25,449 nt of DNA, from positions 3,242 to 28,690 of the forward strand of contig PCTK01000057.1 of NCBI GenBank assembly GCA_002786505.1, read 5' to 3'. The notes below the pieces were generated by a model, which was given only the letters and a program-made list of their open reading frames with translations, was not told the DNA's origin and did no database searches. The translations under genes and the position numbers were made by a program. Numbering within the stretch: the first letter of the stretch is position 1; every line of letters starts with the position of its first letter. Of the stretch, positions 19,347 through 25,449 are shown piece after piece. The stretch comes from Nitrospinae bacterium CG22_combo_CG10-13_8_21_14_all_47_10 (lineage in GTDB: Bacteria; Nitrospinota; Nitrospinia; Nitrospinales; VA-1).

Positions 19347-20552
19347 TTATTTATGTTTTACGGAGTAACATGCAGGAAGGACTTTGCCAGGCGCAACAAT
19401 CGTTCCGGGTTGAATGGTATTCCCGGCCCCGACAACAACCCCATCGCCGAGAAAAGCACCCAGTTTTTTCATTCCCGTTGCCATGGGCCGCTTCCCGTTT
19501 TTCACAGAAATCGGTTTCCAGTCTATGTCCCGGTTCACAGTCATGCACCCTGCCCCCATATCCACATTTTCACCCAGCACACTGTCGCCGACAAAAGAAA
19601 GCCTGCCTATCTGGGAATTATCCATCACTACACAGTTTTTTAATTCAACGCCACTGCCCACCGAACAATTTTTGCCAACAGAGGTATAGCTCCTGACAAG
19701 AGAGTTGTTGCCGATATAGCTTTTCTCTCCGATACAACAAGGCCCTTCCAGCACAGCACCCGATTTGATAATTGCCCCCGCCTCGATGCGGACAATCCCT
19801 TGCAGGGTCACATTGGCTTCCAGCGTTGCGTCTTTGGCAATGGAGGTCTCCTTCCAGGAATCCATGATCATCTTATTCGCCGTCAAAATTTCCCACGGAT
19901 AAACGACATCCAACCATTCATCTTCCCACATGGAGGCACGCAGTCCCTCCCCCGCAACCACTTTTTTCAACGCTTTCTCCATGGAGTTTCCTGAAGATTC
20001 CAACAATTTGAAAAAGGAGGCCGGCAATATGAATACCCCGGACAAAACATAATTCCCCAGGTTATTACCTTTGGGTTTTTCAACAATTTTTGTGATTTCC
20101 ATACGCGCATTCAGGAAAACATTGCCAAACATCTGGTTCGAGGGCGGCAAACATATAGAAGCCACCGGACATTTAAATGAATGAAAAGATTGCTGGATTT
20201 TGCTGAAGATATTATCCGCAGTCAGGATATCCCCGTAAGCAAGCAGGAAAAACTCACCTGGAAGAATTTTATTTTTAACCTGCAGAACCGCATGCCCGAT
20301 TCCCAGCTTGCGCTTTTGCTCCACGTGATGCAAATTCAACCCATTATGATCCTGTTGCTGAAGTTGTTCGATCAGCTTTTCCCTTTTGTGCCCCGCCACC
20401 ACAAAGATGTCATTGATGCCCGCGCTTTTAAGCAAACCAAAGGTATTGTCCAGTAAAGTACGCCCTGCAACTCCAATCATGGAGATGGGCCGGGTTTCTG
20501 AAAATGGACTGAGGTGAGCGCCTTCACCTGCGGAAAGGATTATGGCTTTCAT
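19347..20552 (-). CDS. Archaeal-type GlmU-like protein (nucleotidyltransferase fold + left-handed beta-helix) with substituted catalytic residues
   Basis: About 400 aa architecture MKAIILSAGEG...YGD...VEKP...WLD..YPW, hexapeptide repeats, and a GDS..GE...GAG....N...KLGAFLGD tail as in archaeal bifunctional GlmU. It has GAHL instead of GxRL, RPI instead of RPK, and RLSF instead of HLSY. Confidence 0.8.
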   Translation of the reverse strand: MKAIILSAGEGAHLSPFSETRPISMIGVAGRTLLDNTFGLLKSAGINDIFVVAGHKREKLIEQLQQQDHNGLNLHHVEQKRKLGIGHAVLQVKNKILPGEFFLLAYGDILTADNIFSKIQQSFHSFKCPVASICLPPSNQMFGNVFLNARMEITKIVEKPKGNNLGNYVLSGVFILPASFFKLLESSGNSMEKALKKVVAGEGLRASMWEDEWLDVVYPWEILTANKMIMDSWKETSIAKDATLEANVTLQGIVRIEAGAIIKSGAVLEGPCCIGEKSYIGNNSLVRSYTSVGKNCSVGSGVELKNCVVMDNSQIGRLSFVGDSVLGENVDMGAGCMTVNRDIDWKPISVKNGKRPMATGMKKLGAFLGDGVVVGAGNTIQPGTIVAPGKVLPACYSVKHK

Positions 20553-20595
20553 TTGAGAAAATCCTGATTGGGAAGGATAAAGTCAGCGACGAAGG

Positions 20596-21339
20596 TTAGC
20601 GATGATCCACCAGTAATCTCTCCGCCCGGTTCAAATCGTCTGGAGAATTGATTCCCAGTATCTCGTCGGCATCCTGAGTCTGAGTTGCCTGGACAGGATA
20701 CCCTTTTCGCACCAAATATTCTATCGTATCGGTCAAATAGTATTCCTTCTGAGCATTATCGGGGCTAATATGCTCTAAAGCTTTAAAAAACAAAGCACTG
20801 TCAAAACAATATACTCCGGAGTTAAATTCGTCAACTTTTTTCTCAACCTCCAACGCATCCTTGAGTTCGACGATTTTTAATATAGAACCTTTTTCATCAC
20901 GAATGATCCGGCCAAAATCATGGCATTCGCTACTTTTAAGGGTCAACACCGTACATTTTGCCCCACTCGCTTTATGCCCGGCAACCATTTTCAGCAGGGT
21001 ATTAGGCCTGATCAAGGGCATGTCCCCACATAACACTAAAACCAACCCGTCAAAGTTTTCCAGTTTAGCCTTGGCTTGTTGCGCGGCATGGCCGGTCCCC
21101 AACTGCTCTTTCTGAACCACGAACTCAACCTCCCGATCAGAAAAGGCTTCACGCACCTGGTCCGCCTGATGCCCCACCACGACTATTGTCCTGACGGGGT
21201 TCAATCGAGAGGAAAGGTCAAGTACATAATGAAGAAGAGGATGGCCTGCAACGGGGAGGAGAACTTTGGCAAGAGAAGACCGCATGCGGGTTCCCTTGCC
21301 CGCCGCTAAAATGATGACCGCTAGGTCTTGTTGTCGCAT
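20596..21339 (-). CDS. glmU: Stand-alone GlcNAc-1-phosphate uridylyltransferase (N-terminal domain of bacterial GlmU only)
   Basis: LAAGKGTRM..AKVL, QLGTGHA, CGDMPL, FGRI, IVE.KD, FNSGVY, NAQKEYYLTD, GINS are all intact. TAA stop at 247 aa in the linker helix, with no beta-helix domain. Confidence 0.9.
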   Translation of the reverse strand: MRQQDLAVIILAAGKGTRMRSSLAKVLLPVAGHPLLHYVLDLSSRLNPVRTIVVVGHQADQVREAFSDREVEFVVQKEQLGTGHAAQQAKAKLENFDGLVLVLCGDMPLIRPNTLLKMVAGHKASGAKCTVLTLKSSECHDFGRIIRDEKGSILKIVELKDALEVEKKVDEFNSGVYCFDSALFFKALEHISPDNAQKEYYLTDTIEYLVRKGYPVQATQTQDADEILGINSPDDLNRAERLLVDHR

Positions 21340-21602
21340 TTAATTTTATATTCGGCGATTTTTTTTCTTAACGTATTGCGATTGATTCCCAGAATATTTG
21401 CCGCCTTGGTCTGATTGCCGTCAGTTTCCTTCAGAACAATTTCAACAAGCGGTTTTTCAATGCCCCCCATGATAAGTTCGTGGAGATGGCCGTTGTTTTT
21501 TTCATCCATCGCACTGACATATTGACGGATGGATTTATCCAGCCATTTTTCTAAAAAAGTTGTGACTTGTTTTTGGGTTTTTTTCATTGCAGGGGGGTTC
21601 AT
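21321..21602 (-). CDS. Stand-alone Fis-family helix-turn-helix DNA-binding protein
   Basis: LHELIMGGIEKPLVEIVLKETDGNQTKAANILGINRNTLRKKI closely parallels Fis / the NtrC C-terminus. 93 aa (or start at 21587). The stop overlaps the glmU start by 19 nt. Confidence 0.9.
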   Translation of the reverse strand: MNPPAMKKTQKQVTTFLEKWLDKSIRQYVSAMDEKNNGHLHELIMGGIEKPLVEIVLKETDGNQTKAANILGINRNTLRKKIAEYKIKCDNKT

Positions 21603-21658
21603 ATTTACTTAGATATTGAAAATTGTGACGTCCTCCCCAGGGTCGCAAGTGGCTGAAT

Positions 21659-21693
21659 GCGGCGATAGTAACAAACTCATTGCATGCGGTCAA
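21659..21693 (-). promoter_or_regulatory. Putative sigma70 promoter with GC-rich discriminator for the fis-glmU-glmS unit
   Basis: Minus strand TTGACC (21693-21688), 17 nt, TACTAT (21670-21665), followed directly by CGCCGC. Confidence 0.65.
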
Positions 21694-21733
21694 GCACGGA
21701 CTCGCAGACTATTTAAAACCATGCAATTACAAG

Positions 21734-21763
21734 TTGATTCCTCTCCAATGCATGGTCTAAGAT
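21734..21763 (+). promoter_or_regulatory. Possible sigma70 promoter for mtaB-DUF62-smpB
   Basis: TTGATT, 18 nt, TAAGAT, back-to-back with the fis promoter. Confidence 0.45.
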
Positions 21764-21807
21764 GAAGAGGAAATTATCTAAAAACTTTTCCATACAGTTT
21801 TCTCTCC

Positions 21808-23127
21808 ATGAAAATCGCCTGTGTCACATTAGGGTGCAGAACCAACCAGCACGATACTGCGGAAATGCAGACCCTGCTTGAGCAGGAGGGTTTCTCTATC
21901 GTTAACGGTAAAGAAAAAGCCGATGCTTATGTCATTAATACTTGTACAGTGACACAACGAAGCGATTATAGTTCACGCCTTGCTGTTAAAAAATCCCTGG
22001 CGATCAACCCTGAAGCCCTCGTTGTGTTTACAGGATGCTATGCGCAGTTGAATCCCCAGGAAGTTTCCCAAATACAAGGTCTGGACGTTGTTCTTGGCAA
22101 TGCAGATAAACTTGAAATCGCTAACCTTATAAAAAAGAAACTTTTAAACCCCAGCCTGCCTTGGGGAAAAGGTGCGGACACCGAAATCATCATGTCCGAT
22201 ATCCATAAAAAGCGAATATTTCGGACCATCCCCGTGCAAAACTTTCAGGGCATGACTAAAGCCTTCATCAAAGTCCAAACCGGCTGTGATGAAAAATGTT
22301 CATTCTGCACCGTTGTTAAAGCGCGGGGTAAGTCAATCAGCGATACACGGGAAAATATTTTATACAATGTCCAACAATCCATTGATTCCGGGTTTAAGGA
22401 GGTCACCCTCACCGGAATCAACTTGGGTACCTGGGGCATGGATCGAAGTGAAACTTTCTCCTCCCTGGTTCGCGATATTGTTAAACTTTCGGGAGATTTT
22501 CGGGTTCGATTGAGTTCGATCAATCCAATGGAAATCGACAACGACCTTATACGGCTCATATCCGAAACTGAAAACCTCTGTTCGCACCTGCATATTCCCA
22601 TGCAAAGCGGTGATGATGCAATCTTGAAATCCATGCGCAGAAATTATAACCGCCAACAATATCTGGAAGTCGTTCACCGGGCAGTTAACGCCATTCCCGG
22701 ACTGGGGCTGGGAGCAGATGTTATCGTTGGCTTCCCCGGAGAAACTGAAGAACAATTTGAAAGCACCCGCGAACTAATAGAACAACTGCCGTTTTCCTAT
22801 CTACATGTATTTTCCTACTCACCACGACGAGGCACCGAGGCTCATCAGTTCAAGGATAATGTTCCCGGCAACATCAAGAAACAAAGAAACCAGACCCTGA
22901 CACAATTGGCCAACCAAAAAGCTTTGAAATACCGCGAGAAATTCTTAGGACAGAAGGAAACAGTCCTACTTGAAAATCAAAGGGACACTAAATCCGGATG
23001 GCTCAAGGGCCATACCGGCAATTACATCCCCGTCATACTGGAAGGTGCCGATGCATTGAAAAACAACCTGGTTCCAGTCACCTTACAGAAGATTTCCGAA
23101 AGTCAGGTCGCGGGATGCGTCCAGTAA
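21808..23127 (+). CDS. mtaB: tRNA t6A37 methylthiotransferase (MiaB-like radical SAM enzyme)
   Basis: TLGCRTNQHDT, INTCTVT (MtaB-type), TGCYAQ, radical SAM CxxxCxxC (GCDEKCSFC), LTGINLG, HIPMQSG, DVIVGFPGET, HVFSYSPRRGT, short TRAM-like C-terminus. Confidence 0.9.
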   Translation: MKIACVTLGCRTNQHDTAEMQTLLEQEGFSIVNGKEKADAYVINTCTVTQRSDYSSRLAVKKSLAINPEALVVFTGCYAQLNPQEVSQIQGLDVVLGNADKLEIANLIKKKLLNPSLPWGKGADTEIIMSDIHKKRIFRTIPVQNFQGMTKAFIKVQTGCDEKCSFCTVVKARGKSISDTRENILYNVQQSIDSGFKEVTLTGINLGTWGMDRSETFSSLVRDIVKLSGDFRVRLSSINPMEIDNDLIRLISETENLCSHLHIPMQSGDDAILKSMRRNYNRQQYLEVVHRAVNAIPGLGLGADVIVGFPGETEEQFESTRELIEQLPFSYLHVFSYSPRRGTEAHQFKDNVPGNIKKQRNQTLTQLANQKALKYREKFLGQKETVLLENQRDTKSGWLKGHTGNYIPVILEGADALKNNLVPVTLQKISESQVAGCVQ

Positions 23128-23957
23128 TCACACTCATCACCGACTTCGGCCTAGATGACCCTTTTGTCGGCATCATGAAAGGGGTCATTCTCAATATTGT
23201 GCCCGATGCCCAGATCGTTGACATAACTCACAATATCGAGCCGCAAAATATTACCCAGGCGGCGTTGACCCTAAACGCCACCTATCCCTGGTTTCCCAGA
23301 AAGACGATCCATGTGGTGGTTGTCGACCCCGGTGTGGGAGGTGGTTTTGCACCGCAAAGCAAGGTCTCCACAAAAAAAACCCGCGACCCCGGATTGGTAA
23401 TCCGACGAGCCATGGTCGTACAATCCAAATTCCAGACCTTTGTAGGACCCGACAATGGAGTACTCACTCCTGCTTTCTATCCTGATAGCAAGGCTTATGA
23501 GATCACCAATAAAAAATATTTTCTTAAAAAGGTTTCCAACACCTTTCACGGACGCGATGTATTTGCTCCCTGCGCGGGGTGGCTCGCCAGCGGTGTCCAA
23601 CCGGCCAAAATAGGACCTAGAGTGTTGAAGCCCGTCCACCAGGACCTTCCCAAGCCCCAGTTAAAAGGGGCAACCCTTCACGGAGAAATTATTCATATTG
23701 ATCGCTTTGGCAACCTCACCACCAATATTCCGGAAGAATTAATCCACGAAACCTTTATTTCTTCCGATACAATAAAGGTGCAGATCGGAAAGCATAGCAT
23801 TGATGGACTCGTCACCGGCTATTACCAGATGAAACCCGGTCAAGCCGGAGCCATCATCAACAGTTGGAACCATCTGGAAATCTTCTGCCGTGAAAACAAC
23901 GCCCAAAAAAAACTGAAAGCCAGGGTCGGGCAGTCCGTAACCCTGAAAACCAGCTAA
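23115..23957 (+). CDS. SAM hydroxide adenosyltransferase (DUF62; SAM hydrolase of the chlorinase/fluorinase fold)
   Basis: MRPVITLITDFG, VDITH, HVVVVDPGVG, RR, VGPDNG, SNTFHGRDVFAP, IHIDRFGNLTTNI, NSWNHLEI. The true start is ATG 23115, which overlaps the mtaB stop by 13 nt. Confidence 0.9.
   Translation: MRPVITLITDFGLDDPFVGIMKGVILNIVPDAQIVDITHNIEPQNITQAALTLNATYPWFPRKTIHVVVVDPGVGGGFAPQSKVSTKKTRDPGLVIRRAMVVQSKFQTFVGPDNGVLTPAFYPDSKAYEITNKKYFLKKVSNTFHGRDVFAPCAGWLASGVQPAKIGPRVLKPVHQDLPKPQLKGATLHGEIIHIDRFGNLTTNIPEELIHETFISSDTIKVQIGKHSIDGLVTGYYQMKPGQAGAIINSWNHLEIFCRENNAQKKLKARVGQSVTLKTS
23324..23397 (+). repeat. Direct repeat (12/14 nt) exactly 60 nt apart, flanking an in-frame loop insertion
   Basis: CGACCCCGGtgTGG at 23324-23337 and CGACCCCGGatTGG at 23384-23397, encoding DPG twice. 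Confidence 0.7.
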
Positions 23958-24015
23958 ACCAGAACTATTTATGGATGACTCTCATTAAAAAAGGGTCTCT
24001 CCATTTAACCGGTTA

Positions 24016-24480
24016 TTGATCGTGAGTGACATCAAAATTATCTGCCAGAACAAAAAGGCCCGCCACGACTATTCCATCGAAGACACAATGGAAGCAGGAA
24101 TTATGCTGAAAGGCACAGAAGTAAAATCCCTGAGAAACGGAAAAGCCAACCTGGTCGACAGTTACGCCATCATTGATGGAGAAGAGGCCTGGTTACTCCA
24201 CTTCCATATTGATGCTTACACCCCTGCCACGCAGTTCAACCATCACCCCATGCGAAAACGCAAACTGCTTTTGCATAAAAAAGAGATCAATAAACTCATC
24301 GGGAAAACCCAGGAAAAAGGCTGTACTCTGGTACCCTTGAAAGTTTATTTTAAAAACGGAAAAGCAAAAGTAGAAATAGGAATTGCCAAAGCAAAAAAAC
24401 TCTACGACAAACGCGCCTCGATCAAAAAGCGCGAATCCGACCGCGAAATCGACCGGGCCATGAAATCCCGGAATAGGTGA
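24016..24480 (+). CDS. smpB: SsrA-binding protein
   Basis: NKKARHDY, EAGIMLKGTEVKSLR, RKLLLHKKEI, TLVPLKVYF, GKKLYDKR-like AKKLYDKR tail. The start may be TTG 24016 or GTG 24022. Confidence 0.98.
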   Translation: MIVSDIKIICQNKKARHDYSIEDTMEAGIMLKGTEVKSLRNGKANLVDSYAIIDGEEAWLLHFHIDAYTPATQFNHHPMRKRKLLLHKKEINKLIGKTQEKGCTLVPLKVYFKNGKAKVEIGIAKAKKLYDKRASIKKRESDREIDRAMKSRNR

Positions 24481-24493
24481 ATCATTGAAATAA

Positions 24494-24766
24494 TTACAAG
24501 AGGGCAATCAATAAGCTCTTTTTATCAAGAGATTCATGAAGCCTCTCCAAATTTTTCTTACTTAATTCTCCAACGGAATTTTCCTTTTCATAAGCTAGAA
24601 AAATTCCTCCGCCCACAGTTACAACAAGTGCTGAAGCTAAAATTCAAGTCCATAATCCCTTATTTTCTTTACCAAGAACATATAAAAACAATAAAACAAA
24701 AATGGCCAGCCCAGATAAACCCCAAGGTTGCTCGAAGATTGCACTCCAATTTTTGATATTGAACAT
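24494..24766 (-). pseudogene. Probable small two-TM membrane protein gene interrupted by an in-frame TGA
   Basis: ATG 24766: MFNIKNWSAIFEQPWGLSGLAIFVLLFLYVLGKENKGLWT, then TGA (24644-24646), then the same frame stays open for 49 codons: ILASALVVTVGGGIFLAYEKENSVGELSKKNLERLHESLDKKSLLIALL, ending TAA at 24494. Confidence 0.5.
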
Positions 24767-24931
24767 GATAGGATCTTTCAGTGGTTTGCCTTTGCCAAAA
24801 ATATCACGGGAATTATATCTGAGCAAGAAATGGGAATCCTATTAACCTTCAAAAGAAATTTATCAAGGATTCCATAAAAATCTAAAAAATAATTACAGCT
24901 AAATGTATGGACAAATGTCTACGGGTATGAC

Positions 24932-25249
24932 ATGATCAAAATAAAGGGTCTTGGTTTTGACTGGGATGTGGGCAATCGTGAAAAATGCCGAAAACACGGA
25001 CTTGACCTTTTAGAAATTGAAGCTTTTTTCCAGCAAAACCCTGTTTACATTACGCCTGATATCGACCATTCCCAAATGGAAAAAAGATATCTGGCCGCAG
25101 GTCGATCCTCGACAGAGCGTCTCATGTTGGTCGTGTTCACTTTTCGGGAAGGAGCGGGAGGCATACTGATCCGGCCCATCAGCGCCCGCTATATGCACAG
25201 GAAGGAAGCCAGAAAATATGAAGATGAAACTTCCAAAATTGAAAAGTGA
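24932..25249 (+). CDS. brnT: BrnT-family (DUF497) ribonuclease toxin
   Basis: GFDWDxGNxxK..KHG, DxxHS..EKRY..AG, LMLVVFTFR, IRPISAR....EARKYE. Confidence 0.9.
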   Translation: MIKIKGLGFDWDVGNREKCRKHGLDLLEIEAFFQQNPVYITPDIDHSQMEKRYLAAGRSSTERLMLVVFTFREGAGGILIRPISARYMHRKEARKYEDETSKIEK

Positions 25250-25449
25250 TAAGGAAGCAGAGGACTTTCTTGAAAAGGACCTCACAGACTACCTGGATTT
25301 AAAAAAATTCCGGAAGGTTTCCTTTGAGTTCCAACCCAAAACCAAAAAGGTCAATCTCCGCTTCCCGGAAAAACTTCTCGATGCGGTGCGGAAAGAAGCC
25401 AAACGGCAGGGTATTCCTTACCAGAAATACATCCGCCAGGCCGTGGAGC
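25218..25449 (+). CDS. brnA: BrnA/CopG-like ribbon-helix-helix antitoxin, 3'-truncated by the window edge (absent from the ORF track)
   Basis: Translated by hand: MKMKLPKLKSDKEAEDFLEKDLTDYLDLKKFRKVSFEFQPKTKKVNLRFPEKLLDAVRKEAKRQGIPYQKYIRQAVE... Overlaps the brnT 3' end by 32 nt and is preceded by AGGAAG. Confidence 0.85.
   Translation, partial: MKMKLPKLKSDKEAEDFLEKDLTDYLDLKKFRKVSFEFQPKTKKVNLRFPEKLLDAVRKEAKRQGIPYQKYIRQAVE

Noticed and set aside
22998-23114. N-terminal extensions in the ORF track (DUF62 from 22998, mrdA from 11511, ppiD from 14017, mreD from 12005)
   Set aside because: Family N-termini and stop/start overlaps favour the downstream ATGs at 23115, 11466, 14083 and 11981.
23115-23957. 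Chlorinase/fluorinase, and a 'halogen metabolism' link with the TPMT-family gene
   Set aside because: The protein has TFHGRD with the Asp-Arg-His triad of hydroxide adenosyltransferases, not the TFYSRE-type motif of SalL/FlA. The two genes are about 19 kb apart in unrelated units.
24644-24646. Selenocysteine or genetic-code recoding of TGA
   Set aside because: The context is a TM helix rather than a Cys-type site, no SECIS-like hairpin is evident, and TGA is used as a stop by smpB, ppiD, glmS and brnT.
24775-24793. c-di-GMP-I riboswitch-like string AAAGGCAAACCACTGAAAG (minus strand)
   Set aside because: It resembles only the 5' half. The stem partner after GAAA and the GACGCAAAG/P3 part are absent, and the sequence runs into an ORF.
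24481-24931. tmRNA or tRNA next to smpB
   Set aside because: AT-rich, with no GGGG.. 5' end, T-arm (GGTTCGA) or CCA acceptor end.

Overview
A 25.4 kb, gene-dense chromosomal window from a diderm bacterium. The gene set and protein style suggest Nitrospinota/Nitrospina-like, but that is inference and was not searched. It is mostly housekeeping: a 5'-truncated TPR protein; a secreted hypothetical plus bcp; a minus-strand traB-family / SerA-like / TPMT-family block followed by pepP; uvrB; a PilZ protein; mreB-mreC-mreD-mrdA ending in a terminator with no rodA; a PpiD/SurA chaperone; a ThiD-ThiN fusion; mtaB / DUF62 SAM hydrolase / smpB; and, at the right end, an AT-rich segment with a probable nonsense-interrupted membrane ORF and a BrnT/BrnA toxin-antitoxin pair. 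The most unusual element is the minus-strand unit fis - glmU(N-terminal domain only) - archaeal-type GlmU-like protein - glmS (17511-21693). The short GlmU has an intact uridylyltransferase site but stops at the linker to the acetyltransferase domain. The adjacent two-domain protein carries substitutions at key residues of both of its active sites. This points to a split GlmU with an altered acetyltransferase, or to a GlmU-derived pseudoenzyme that regulates GlmS. Smaller signals are a 60-nt direct-repeat-flanked insertion in the DUF62 catalytic loop and a perfect palindrome on the uvrB -10 element. No tRNA, rRNA, tmRNA, CRISPR array, transposase or recognisable riboswitch was seen.
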